In this document: positions 39,398-48,832 of the stretch, piece by piece | How the letters are laid out: each line of letters opens with the position of its first letter | Position numbering within the stretch: the stretch's first letter is position 1 | NCBI GenBank assembly: GCA_963846685.1 | Contig: CAWJWY010000002.1 | Span: 1,924,023-1,988,022, forward strand | Direction of reading: 5' to 3' | Length of the DNA: 64,000 bases | From: an uncultured Acidobacteriota bacterium | Lineage (GTDB): Bacteria; Acidobacteriota; Vicinamibacteria; Vicinamibacterales; UBA2999 | The notes under the pieces: generated by a model | The model's input: only the letters and a program-made list of their open reading frames with translations | What the model was told of the DNA's origin: nothing | The model's database searches: none | Made by a program: the position numbers and the translations under genes

Positions 39398-40501
39398 CTA
39401 TCGGACCTGGATCAACGGAATCTTCCCCTTGTTCGCGTCGATCGATCGCTGCGCGGCAATCGACACCTGTGCGGCGATGCGCTCGCCGACGGTCATGAAC
39501 GCGCGCGCGGCTGGCGAGGCAGGCTCGGCGACAACGAGCGGCACGCCAGTGTCACTGCCTTCGCGAATCGGCTGATACACGGGAAGGCGCCCCAGGAACG
39601 GCACCTCCATCTCCGCGGCCAGTGCCTCGCCGCCACCGTGCCCGAAGATATCGGCCTCATGGTGGCAGTTCGGGCACGCGTAGTAGCTCATGTTCTCGAT
39701 CATCCCCATCGGCGGGATGTTCATCTTCTGATACATGCGCACCGCACGCCGGCTGTCCGCCAGCGACACCTGCTGCGGCGTCGTCACCACCACGGCTCCC
39801 ACCACCGGAACCGTCTGGCTCAGGCTGAGCGCCACGTCGCCCGTCCCCGGCGGCATGTCGATGATCAGGTAGTCGAGGTCCTTCCAGGCGACATCACGCG
39901 AGAACTGCTGGATTGCCTGGTGCAGCATGGGCCCGCGCCAGATGATCGGCGAGTCGTCGCTCGTCAGGAAGCCGACTGAGACCACCTGCACGCCGTACTT
40001 CTCGGCCGGCACGATCTGCTTGCCGTCGGTGACGAGCTGTGTCGAGGTCAGCCCCATCATGATCGGCACGTTGGGCCCGTAGATGTCGCCGTCGAGGATA
40101 CCGACGCGTGCGCCGCAGCGGGCCAGGGCGATCGCCAGGTTGACGGACACCGTGGTCTTGCCGACACCACCCTTGCCGGCGCCGACGGCAATGACGTTCT
40201 TCACGCCTGGCATCGGCGGGCGCCCGGTTTCGGGTGCCGACACCGATCGCACCCGGACAGCGATGGTGACCTCGGCGGCGCTGACGCCCGGTAACGCCTG
40301 GACGGCCGCCACAGCCTGCTGCCGGAGCAGTTCCTTCGCCGACGAGGCCGGATTGGTCAGTTCGAGTGTGAATGAGACGCGGCCATCCGCGATCGTCAGA
40401 TCCTTGATGAACCCGAGAGCGACGACGTCGCGGCGGATGTCGGGGTCGTGCACTGCGCGAAGCGCCTGGAGAACGGCGTCGCGGTCGAACGTGGCTTGCA
40501 T
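39398..40501 (-). CDS. apbC: Mrp/NBP35-family Fe-S cluster carrier ATPase (ApbC)
   Basis: N-terminal DUF59-like segment, deviant Walker A GKGGVGKTT, CPNC cysteine pair. Confidence 0.8.
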   Translation of the reverse strand: MQATFDRDAVLQALRAVHDPDIRRDVVALGFIKDLTIADGRVSFTLELTNPASSAKELLRQQAVAAVQALPGVSAAEVTIAVRVRSVSAPETGRPPMPGVKNVIAVGAGKGGVGKTTVSVNLAIALARCGARVGILDGDIYGPNVPIMMGLTSTQLVTDGKQIVPAEKYGVQVVSVGFLTSDDSPIIWRGPMLHQAIQQFSRDVAWKDLDYLIIDMPPGTGDVALSLSQTVPVVGAVVVTTPQQVSLADSRRAVRMYQKMNIPPMGMIENMSYYACPNCHHEADIFGHGGGEALAAEMEVPFLGRLPVYQPIREGSDTGVPLVVAEPASPAARAFMTVGERIAAQVSIAAQRSIDANKGKIPLIQVR

Positions 40502-40511
40502 GTGTTCAATC

Positions 40512-40916
40512 TTATCGCGGCGGCGCGGTGCTCACGGCGGGCGCCGGCTCGAACAAGCGCCGGCCGGCATCGGTCAGCAGCACCCACATCGCGTAGATGC
40601 CGAGCGCGGTGCCGAACGGCAGGACGAGCAGGTTCACCACGGCCAGCGCCAGCATCACCATGCGGCCGAGCGGCCGGCGACGCCGCAGCAGCAGGGCTGC
40701 CCAGACATGCGCGCCGCCCCACAACAGCGCGAATGCGCCGATCAGGGCAAAGATTCCGGCGGTCAGCCCCGCGGCAAACTCGACCGCCTCCGCAGCAGGC
40801 TGCACCAGTTGCAGGAGTGCCCCACCCGACAGCAGCAGCATCGAGACGCCGACGAGCATCGCCAGCGCGCCCCACAGGCTGGACAGAATGGCGAGAAGGC
40901 CGACGTGGCGTTCCAC
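40512..40916 (-). CDS. Integral membrane hypothetical protein
   Basis: 134 aa, four predicted TM helices. Confidence 0.4.
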   Translation of the reverse strand: MERHVGLLAILSSLWGALAMLVGVSMLLLSGGALLQLVQPAAEAVEFAAGLTAGIFALIGAFALLWGGAHVWAALLLRRRRPLGRMVMLALAVVNLLVLPFGTALGIYAMWVLLTDAGRRLFEPAPAVSTAPPR

Positions 40917-40928
40917 GCTACCGCAACA

Positions 40929-41338
40929 TCAGCAGACGAAAACGCGCAGCTCGATGCGGGTCGATGGGTTATGGCGAGGGGTGACGGTGAAGAGGAAGCG
41001 CGTGCCGTCGGCGACGCCGGCAGGCACGCTGACCTGGAGCTGGTGGCGCAAGAGCTCGACGCCAGAGCCGGCGCAGCGGCCGCACGGTTCGGTCCAGCTC
41101 TCGCCGCGGCCGCCGCAGCCGCGGCATGTGCAACGCACGGGAACGTCGAGCGGCACGGTGACCCCGGTGACGTGCCTCGTGCCGCGACAGCGTCATCACG
41201 GTACTGAGCGGCGCCTGCCGCTCTTCGGCGAGGAACGCGCTGCGGATCCGATCGATCGCCGGCGCGACGCAGGGGAAGTCTACGATGACGTCGTCGGCGA
41301 AAAAGATCGCGTCGTGGCGGTCGTTTTCACCCGACATG
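40929..41338 (-). pseudogene. Possible frameshifted gene with DnaJ-type CxxCxGxG zinc-finger/C-terminal-like segment
   Basis: CTCRGCGGRGESWTEPCGRCAGSG in the 40929..41156 frame; an N-terminal MSGENDRHDAIFFADDVIVDF segment lies in another frame; weak. Confidence 0.25.
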
Positions 41339-41559
41339 ACTGCGACCGAATCGCCACCGAACGGACGGAACGTGTTCCCGCGCATGACACTGCAGCTACG
41401 ATAGGGATCGCCGGAGGAGAAGTCAATGGTCCCGGGCACACCGCAGACCAGGGCGACCCGATCTCGTGAATGGGTGTGCCCGGCGTGCGATTTACTTCGA
41501 GTACTTCGAGGAAGCGGAAGATTGAGGAAGCCGGGGGGAGGTCACCGGACGCGCGCGAC

Positions 41560-41811
41560 TTAGCGCGCGCCGAGCGTCAACAGGAGTTCCTTGCGGATCC
41601 CCTCATCCATGTCTTCGAAGTTCAGTGCCGTCTCGCACTCGTCACACAACACTTCGAGTACCGCCGGACGGCCCTCTTCGGACACTTCCACGCGAGCGTC
41701 TTCGAGGTGGACGACGTGCATCTGCAGCGTCTTCACTAGAAAATTCTGATCGTTCCCGCAGCTGGGGCAGGTTAGCGCCACGCGCGTCTCCTCTTTCGTC
41801 GTCAACGGCAA
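41560..41811 (-). CDS. Small zinc-ribbon protein (CxxC...CxxC), hypothetical
   Basis: CPSCGN...CDEC pairs in an 83-aa ORF. Confidence 0.35.
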   Translation of the reverse strand: MPLTTKEETRVALTCPSCGNDQNFLVKTLQMHVVHLEDARVEVSEEGRPAVLEVLCDECETALNFEDMDEGIRKELLLTLGAR

Positions 41812-42264
41812 CTCCTTACCGGGTATGGCTTGGCACCGGCGAAACCGCGCCGTGCAACCAGAAGTTTGATTTTATGGGATGCCTCCTGCAGGAGCAATGC
41901 AGAAATGGCCAAAATCGCTGAAAGCTGGACTGCTTAGACCAGCGACTCCCCCGTCTCAAGGATCATCGAGTCGGGCACACCCAGCCGCATGACCTCCCCC
42001 GTACGGTGACGGGTGAACACGCAATGCGGGCCTTTGGCTTCAACGAACTCCACCTCGACGACGGTGGGCCGGGCCTGGTAGACACCCGTGACGCAGCCAC
42101 ACGGCATCGTGTCCAGCCCGAGGAGTGTCATCGCCGCCGCGCGCTGCCGGCTGCCGGGCGCTGGAATGTGCATGTATCTGGTTAGACCGCGGTGAGCGGC
42201 CGGCGGTTCCTGTAAAAATGCAGGCGACGCATTTTCCGCGGTGGCGGCGTGCCGTGCCGCCACG

Positions 42265-45200
42265 TCAGGCCAGATAGACGAGACGTGCCTGCACCCAGAC
42301 CCCGGGAAACACCTGTTCCGCGGCACGTTTATATAGGGCGGCCTGCTGCTCGTGCTCGGGGCGGCGCCGCCCGGTCTTGAACTCGAGCACGGTCACGCCA
42401 CCGTCGCTCGCCTGTACCAGGCAATCGATGGTGCCTCGTACGACGCCGTCTTCACTGGCCATGGTGAACGGCACCTCGTGCAGGATGGTGCCGCCGCGGT
42501 AGAGCTCGAGCACCTCGTCGCGCGTGCAGAGCGCAACGTAAGCCGTCACCACCTCCTCGATCAGCTCATCGTGATTCTCGAGATCGCCGCCCTCGTCTGG
42601 CCGCAGCAATCGGGACGCCTGGTCGCGCAACTGTGCGCAATCCAGCGATGCGCCAGCGAGGCCGACACGCTGCAGCAGCCGGTGCACCAGAATGCCGGCA
42701 AGGCGATCCGAGCTGCGCCCGCCCGGCAGCGGCGCTCGCGCCGTGCTGAGACCGGCGGCGGTGACGGCGGCGGAGCGCCGCACCGGGGATGCGTCGCGCA
42801 AGTGCGAAAAGTGGGTCGCTGACGGCATTGCCGCAGCTGGCTCATTCAGCGGCGCACCAGTCGTGGCGGTCGTGCCAGCCGTGTCGGCCGTGTCGGCCGT
42901 GTCGGACATGGACGTGCCGGTCGTGCCGGTGCGGGCCGGCGCGCAGACCCCGGCGATGTGCACCGTCCCCGAGGCTGCGCGCCACTGCACAGATTCTGAT
43001 CCCGCCGCAGCCTGGCGAAACGGCTCGAGGAAGGAGGGCGGCAACACCTCGGCGAGGCTGCCGCGGCCTGCTTGCACCGCGCCGTCCTTCAGCGCGGTGC
43101 CCAGATAGAGGCGGTCGCGCGCACGCGTCAGCGCGACGTAGAGGAGGCGCTTCGTCTCCTCGCGATCCTTTGCCGCATCGTCATCATCCGACTCGGATTG
43201 GAAATCGCCGACGGAGACCGAGGCGCCGTCACCGCCGGCTTCGTCGGCAGCGACACGGATGGCATCACGACGGTTGCCGGTGCCGCGCGCCAGGTTGACG
43301 ATGAAGACGACCGGGAACTCCAGCCCCTTCGACGCATGGATGGTCATCAGGTTGACGGCATCGAGCGCGTCGATCGTCGCGTTGGCTTCGTCGCCGACGG
43401 CGAGGCGATCGAGGTGCGCCACGACGCGCCACAGCGTGGCATAGCCGCGATTCTGGATGCGCCGCACGAGACCGCGAATCTTCTTCAGGTTCTCGCGGGC
43501 CTGGTGGCAGCGGCTGCCACGCATCTCCAGCGCGTAGGCCGATTCATTCAGGATCACGTCGAGCAGTTCGGCCGGCGGCATCCGGTCGACGAGACGGAGC
43601 CAGCGGGCGGCGCCGGCGCGGGCGCGGCCAAGCGCCGCAGCGTCCGCGGGATCGAGCGCGGCCGGCACGTGATCGGCGGTGATCGCCTCCGCCAGCCGTG
43701 GCGCCAGCCGGCGCAACCCCTCGTCCGACATGCGGATGAAGCGCGAGCGCAGCCATGCCGCCGCGCGCAGGTCCGACAGCGGGTCGGCGAGAAACCAGAG
43801 CAGCGCGACCGTGTCCTTGATCTCGTCCGCATCGAAGAAGCCGAGCCCCTTGTAGACATACGACGGCAGGCCACGCCGCTCGAGGGCATCCTCGAACTCG
43901 CGATGGCTTTCGCGTGTGCGGAAGAGGATGGCGACGTCGCCCGGGCGAACCGGGCGGCGCACGCCGGTGTTGCGATCGCGCACCGGGGCGCCGGCCGCGA
44001 CCAGCCGCTCGATCTCCGCCGCAGTGATCTCGGCGCACTCTTCGGCCGAATCGGCGACGACGAGGCCGAGCGGCGATGCAACGGGGGGAGGGAGGGCGAC
44101 CGGGCGGCCAGGTGCCGGGTCGGCATGTTCTTCGCTGTGCCGCACCCGGCCTACGTCGGCGGCGCTCGCCGGGTCGGCGTCCCCTTCGCTGCGCCGCACT
44201 CGGCCTACAGCTGCGTCCAGCGCAGCTGCGTCGGTAGGCCGGGTGCCGCCGGATGTTCGCGGCGGACCCGGCGTCTCGTCCTCGGTCGTTGCCACCAGCG
44301 CAAGGTCATCGATCGGGAAGCGATCCTGCTCGTCGTACTGGAACGCGTCGCGTCGTGATGGCGCCTTGTCGATGTCCTGGCACAGGTCGTTGATCAGCGA
44401 CAGCAGCGCCGGGGCGGAGCGGAAGCTGCGAGAAATCGACCAGCGGACGTTGCCGTCGGGGCGGAGACTCTCCAGGTGCCGTGCCGCCTCCTGCAGCACC
44501 GACGCATCCGCATCGCGAAAGCCGTAGATCGACTGCTTCCGATCGCCGACGATGAAGATCGACGGCTGGACCGGGCCGACGTGGTGCAGGCCGGCGCCCT
44601 CTCCCCACGACTCGACCAGCAGCGACACCAGTTCCCACTGCGCCCGGCTGGTGTCCTGGAACTCGTCGACCAGCACGTGGTGGTAGCGCGCCTCGAGGCG
44701 ATAGCGGCTCTGCGCGAACTCCTCCATCTGCCGCAGCAGGTCGAGCGCGCGCAGCAGCACGTCCGAAAAATCGAGCACCGCATGGGTCTCGAGTGTGCGC
44801 CGATACTCGGTCTCGGCCACCTTGTACATGCGCCACACCCCACGCGAAACGAGCACGTTGAGGTCGCGGCGGTAGCGTGCGCTGGCCGCCGCGAACGCGG
44901 CGGCATGGCCGACGACCAGGCTGCCATGCGTGCGCCAGTCGGCGAGCGACGTGAACAACTCCTTCTTGTAGCCGACCCGCTTGCGCGGCTGCCCCTCCTG
45001 GGTCATGAAGTGGTCGCGGATGCGGGCAAACGCGACCTGCACGGCCGCCGGGTCGAGCGGCGCCGAATCCTGCAGCGCCGACTCGAGCTTCCGCAACGAG
45101 CGCACCACCAACAGGAACGCCGGTTCCGGCGGGCCCGATTCGACGAACGCATCGGCACCTCCTGGCATGCCGGCGAACACGTCGAGCAGCGCGGCAGCCC

Positions 45201-45861
45201 CGGCCCGCGTCGCGCCTGCCACCGACAGCTCTCGCGGCCCGGATGCGAGATACCGTGCCAGCACGCCGGGAGCGACGATCCGGCGGTTCAGTAACGCGGC
45301 GAGGCCGGCGCGGGCTCGCCGGTCGCCGAGTTGCGCGAACACCAGGGCGACGTGCTCGTCCTCGCGGGCAATGCCGCGGCAGATCCGCAACGCGCGATCG
45401 AGTGCCTCGTCGATCAGCCGCGGCACTTCGGTGTCGTCGGCCATCGTGAAGCCGGGGTCGAGGTCGGCTTCGAGCGGGAACTCCCGCAGCAGCGACAGGC
45501 AAAACGCGTCGATCGTGCTGATGTCGATGTCTGCCGTGCGATCGCGCAGGTCACGCCAGCGCGTTGCGGGGATGTCGCCGTTTGCCGCGGCCGCGCGCAG
45601 CGTCGAGAGGATCCGCTCGCGCATCTCCGCCGCCGCCTTGCGCGTGAACGTGATCGCCAGGATGTTGGCCGGGTCGACTCCCGCTTTCAGCAGGTTGATG
45701 TAGCGGTCGACCAGCACCCGCGTCTTGCCGGTGCCGGCGGACGCTTCCAGCGCCACGTTGAAGCGCGGATCCACCGCACGGGCGCGACCGGCGCGATCGC
45801 GCGCATCGATGCGCGACTCGACGGCGACGACCTGCTCGAACGGCAGGCGCAGGTTACTCAT
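42265..45861 (-). CDS. addA: AddA/AdnA-like UvrD-family helicase-nuclease (C-terminal PD-(D/E)XK nuclease)
   Basis: Start MSNLRLPFEQ at 45861; Walker A ASAGTGKT; UvrD helicase motifs; C-terminal RecB-like nuclease; overlaps addB stop by 8 nt. Confidence 0.8.
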   Translation of the reverse strand: MSNLRLPFEQVVAVESRIDARDRAGRARAVDPRFNVALEASAGTGKTRVLVDRYINLLKAGVDPANILAITFTRKAAAEMRERILSTLRAAAANGDIPATRWRDLRDRTADIDISTIDAFCLSLLREFPLEADLDPGFTMADDTEVPRLIDEALDRALRICRGIAREDEHVALVFAQLGDRRARAGLAALLNRRIVAPGVLARYLASGPRELSVAGATRAGAAALLDVFAGMPGGADAFVESGPPEPAFLLVVRSLRKLESALQDSAPLDPAAVQVAFARIRDHFMTQEGQPRKRVGYKKELFTSLADWRTHGSLVVGHAAAFAAASARYRRDLNVLVSRGVWRMYKVAETEYRRTLETHAVLDFSDVLLRALDLLRQMEEFAQSRYRLEARYHHVLVDEFQDTSRAQWELVSLLVESWGEGAGLHHVGPVQPSIFIVGDRKQSIYGFRDADASVLQEAARHLESLRPDGNVRWSISRSFRSAPALLSLINDLCQDIDKAPSRRDAFQYDEQDRFPIDDLALVATTEDETPGPPRTSGGTRPTDAAALDAAVGRVRRSEGDADPASAADVGRVRHSEEHADPAPGRPVALPPPVASPLGLVVADSAEECAEITAAEIERLVAAGAPVRDRNTGVRRPVRPGDVAILFRTRESHREFEDALERRGLPSYVYKGLGFFDADEIKDTVALLWFLADPLSDLRAAAWLRSRFIRMSDEGLRRLAPRLAEAITADHVPAALDPADAAALGRARAGAARWLRLVDRMPPAELLDVILNESAYALEMRGSRCHQARENLKKIRGLVRRIQNRGYATLWRVVAHLDRLAVGDEANATIDALDAVNLMTIHASKGLEFPVVFIVNLARGTGNRRDAIRVAADEAGGDGASVSVGDFQSESDDDDAAKDREETKRLLYVALTRARDRLYLGTALKDGAVQAGRGSLAEVLPPSFLEPFRQAAAGSESVQWRAASGTVHIAGVCAPARTGTTGTSMSDTADTADTAGTTATTGAPLNEPAAAMPSATHFSHLRDASPVRRSAAVTAAGLSTARAPLPGGRSSDRLAGILVHRLLQRVGLAGASLDCAQLRDQASRLLRPDEGGDLENHDELIEEVVTAYVALCTRDEVLELYRGGTILHEVPFTMASEDGVVRGTIDCLVQASDGGVTVLEFKTGRRRPEHEQQAALYKRAAEQVFPGVWVQARLVYLA
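44117..44224. repeat. In-frame 54-bp tandem duplication inside addA containing the dispersed GCACCCGGCCTACG-type motif
   Basis: gggtcggc..ttcgctg.gccgcac.cggcctac repeated at 44117 and 44171; encodes GRVRRSEGDADPASAADV / GRVRHSEEHADPAPGRPV. Confidence 0.7.
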
Positions 45862-48832
45862 CGCCGACGTAGTCCTTGCGGCAGACGACAGAGTAGGCGC
45901 AGTATCGGCACCGCATCGCGTCGTGCGGCCGCGGCGGGAACGCGCCGCCGCCGATGCCATCGAGCACGCCGAGCAGACGCTCCCGCGCATCGTCAAGGAC
46001 CGCCGTCGCGTCGGTGGCGCCGGCCTTGACGACCGGAACGAGCGAGCGCTTGCCGGCGAATGCGACGTAGGCGGCCTCGTCTACCGTCCACGATGCGCCG
46101 TCCCGCTCCTCCAGTCGCTCCTTCGCACACAGCGCGTAGATCGGCACCTGCAGCGCTCTCCGGGTGTTCGGCGCCATGCCCGACTTGTAGTCGATGACCC
46201 GCAGGCGATTGCCAGCCAGCAGATCGATGCGATCGGCGACGCCCTTCAACGCCACAGTCGCGCCGCCCTCGATCCCGAGCGAGAACTCGCCTTCCAGGCG
46301 GTACTCGAGCCAGCGCTCGGTCACTTCGGCAGGGCGGGACGCTTCGAGGCCGAGCACCACGTCGACGATGCCGACGGAGATGGCGGAGCCGAAGAGCCGC
46401 GTCCGCTCGAGGCCGGCGTCGGCGTCGGGCAGGCGCGACAACAGCGGCTCGGCGACCGCGGCAAACAGCGTGCGGGCGCGGTCGACCTGGTCCGAGGTGA
46501 TGGTGCCGTGACCGGCGGCGTCCCATGCCGCAAAGAACTGCTGGAACACCTCGTGGATGAAGCGGCCGCGCGCCCGTGGCGACAGCCCGGTTTCGTCTTC
46601 GACCTGCTCCTCCAGCCGCAGCACGTCGGCGGCGAAGAACTTGAACGGGCAGTCCTGGTAGCGTTCGAGAGCACTCAGCGACAATGCCGCCGGCGGCGGT
46701 GGCGTCGTCGCGCCGTGGTAGCGCGGCGCATCGAGCGGCGGCGCCGCAACGCGAAACGCCGCCCACTCCCGCGTCAGCGCCGGCAGCACCGCGGCGTCCA
46801 GGATCGTCGCGGTCAGCGCCTCGAAGTCGAAGACCGCGACGTCCGGCTCCTGCTCGACACATCGGTCTGGCGCCGCAATGTCGAGTTCGTCGAGCAGTGG
46901 CGACGGCCCGACGATCGAGTCCGCTTCCAGGCTGAAACTGGAGACCGCCAGCCGTTGTCGCGGCAAACGCAGGAGATCGGTGAACGCCGCCCGGGCGCCA
47001 TCGATGCGCCCGGCTTCGGCTGGCCAGCCGAGCTCACGCAGCACGCCGGCCGAATAGAAGATGCTGCGGCGCGGGCGCGCCGGCCACTCGCCGTCGATCA
47101 GTCCTGCAAGCTGGATCTCCTCGAACTCGCCAAACCGGGCGCTGTCCGCGTCGACCAGGTGCACGCCGGCGTCGCCGGTACGCGGCGCAAAGGTGTGTCC
47201 CTCGATCCAGCGGCGGACGAGGGCCGCGACCTCGTCGAACGGCAACGGCGTGCTGTCGAAGCGGCGATACGCGTCACGCAGCCCCGCGAGCGTGCCGAGC
47301 ACGGCGCTGCGGGCGCGCAGTTGGCGCGTGCGCCCGTCCTCGTCCGGACCAGGAAGGTTCTCGTGCCGAGTCAGAAATTGCGTGAGGACAGTGAGGTGTT
47401 CCGCCACCGTGCCGTCGCGGCGGAGCGGCGCCAGGCTGCGGGCGACGTGCAGGAGCGCTTCACCGGCGCGGAGTGCGCGCTCGAGCCGGCCGCGCGACGG
47501 TGCCGCCGCGCGCCAGCTGTCCAGCAGCCGCTCGAGCGCGTCGGCATCGCCAAGATACCCGGCTTCGCCGAGCGCACGATCGAGCGCCGCCACATCGCCG
47601 GCGCCGAACGGCCGCGGCTCGCCATCGCCACCGATCCGGAAGTGAGGCGACCGCAGCAGCGCAATCGCCGGGGCGCGGGCAAAGTCGCCGGTCACCGCCG
47701 AGCACACCAGGTCGAGCGCGGCGGCATAAGGCTCCGCGGCCAACGGCAGCGCGTCGAACATCTGGCACGGGATGCCGCCCGAGCGCAGCACCTCGCGTGC
47801 GACATACACATACGGCAGCGGCTGGTGCACCACCAAGGCGATGCGGTCGAGCGACGTCACGTTGCGCTCCCGCACCGCCGCCTTGACCCGGCGCGCAAAA
47901 CCGCCGATCTCCTCTTCGCGGTCACGACTGACGTGGACGAGTGGCGCGCTGCCCTCGCCGTCGCGACGGCCGGGCGGCGGCACGACCAGCACCGGCAGCC
48001 AGCTGTCGGGTGCGTCGACGCGCACCTCCTCGATGCCTGGCAGCACCTGGTGCATGCGCTCGTGCAACGCACCGGCGAGTACCCGATCGGTCACGACGAC
48101 GTCGAGACGGGCCAACCCGGGGACTCGCGCGAGTAGATCCCAGTCCGCAGGGTAGAGACCGTGCGGATCGAATGCGCGATCGCCAACGGCAAGGACGACG
48201 TGCGTGACCGGGTTCGCCGCAGGCTGCTGTAACAACCGCCGGCGCAGTTCGTGGTCGTCGAGGCCGGCGGCAGCGCAGCGCAGCTCGAAGTCGCGATAGG
48301 CGGCGACGAGGAAGCGGGTCTGCCGCACGAGCCGCTCCGCGCCGCGGTCGTAGGCGGCGCCAGGCTCCAGCTTGTCGAGCGCGCGCCGCTCGAAGGCGTC
48401 GATGTCGTTCTGATTCCAGCGGAGCGTGTCGTAGAAGCGCAGGATCTCCGCAATCAGGCCGGGGCGCAGCCGGAATGGCGGGTCGAAGCCGGCATCGCGG
48501 GCGGCGCGGCAGGCGACGCCCAGGAGCACTTCGCGCTCCGCGTCCGTCAGCACTGGACGGCCCACGTCGAGCCGGTCAGCGAGCCGCGTCACCAGCTCCG
48601 CAGGGGTGATGAGGTCTGGCAGCAGCATGGCGCCGGAGGAGCACGCCGAGGCGTGGAATGCCTGGTCTTCGAGCGTGCGCAGGAGGTGCGCCGCCGCCGC
48701 CCTCGTCGGCACGACGATGATGCGGTTGCGCGCGTCGAGCGGCGTGCCCGTACCCGCCAGGTCGACCAGCGCGCGGCGAAAGGCGCGCAGGTCGGCGGTC
48801 CGCACCAGCTGCGTGGTGCGCGGCGTAATCAC
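45854..48832 (-). CDS. addB: AddB/AdnB-like helicase-nuclease subunit (PD-(D/E)XK with C-terminal Cys cluster)
   Basis: 992 aa; C-terminal CRYCAYSVVC Fe-S-type Cys cluster typical of AddB nuclease domains; tightly coupled to addA. Confidence 0.7.
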   Translation of the reverse strand: MITPRTTQLVRTADLRAFRRALVDLAGTGTPLDARNRIIVVPTRAAAAHLLRTLEDQAFHASACSSGAMLLPDLITPAELVTRLADRLDVGRPVLTDAEREVLLGVACRAARDAGFDPPFRLRPGLIAEILRFYDTLRWNQNDIDAFERRALDKLEPGAAYDRGAERLVRQTRFLVAAYRDFELRCAAAGLDDHELRRRLLQQPAANPVTHVVLAVGDRAFDPHGLYPADWDLLARVPGLARLDVVVTDRVLAGALHERMHQVLPGIEEVRVDAPDSWLPVLVVPPPGRRDGEGSAPLVHVSRDREEEIGGFARRVKAAVRERNVTSLDRIALVVHQPLPYVYVAREVLRSGGIPCQMFDALPLAAEPYAAALDLVCSAVTGDFARAPAIALLRSPHFRIGGDGEPRPFGAGDVAALDRALGEAGYLGDADALERLLDSWRAAAPSRGRLERALRAGEALLHVARSLAPLRRDGTVAEHLTVLTQFLTRHENLPGPDEDGRTRQLRARSAVLGTLAGLRDAYRRFDSTPLPFDEVAALVRRWIEGHTFAPRTGDAGVHLVDADSARFGEFEEIQLAGLIDGEWPARPRRSIFYSAGVLRELGWPAEAGRIDGARAAFTDLLRLPRQRLAVSSFSLEADSIVGPSPLLDELDIAAPDRCVEQEPDVAVFDFEALTATILDAAVLPALTREWAAFRVAAPPLDAPRYHGATTPPPPAALSLSALERYQDCPFKFFAADVLRLEEQVEDETGLSPRARGRFIHEVFQQFFAAWDAAGHGTITSDQVDRARTLFAAVAEPLLSRLPDADAGLERTRLFGSAISVGIVDVVLGLEASRPAEVTERWLEYRLEGEFSLGIEGGATVALKGVADRIDLLAGNRLRVIDYKSGMAPNTRRALQVPIYALCAKERLEERDGASWTVDEAAYVAFAGKRSLVPVVKAGATDATAVLDDARERLLGVLDGIGGGAFPPRPHDAMRCRYCAYSVVCRKDYVGDE

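Noticed and set aside
43072-44358. 428-aa plus-strand ORF inside addA (similar cases: 45725..48136 inside addB, 4217..5218 and 5175..5723 inside the TonB receptor gene)
   Set aside because: Antisense or shadow ORFs inside long, motif-supported genes in a high-GC genome
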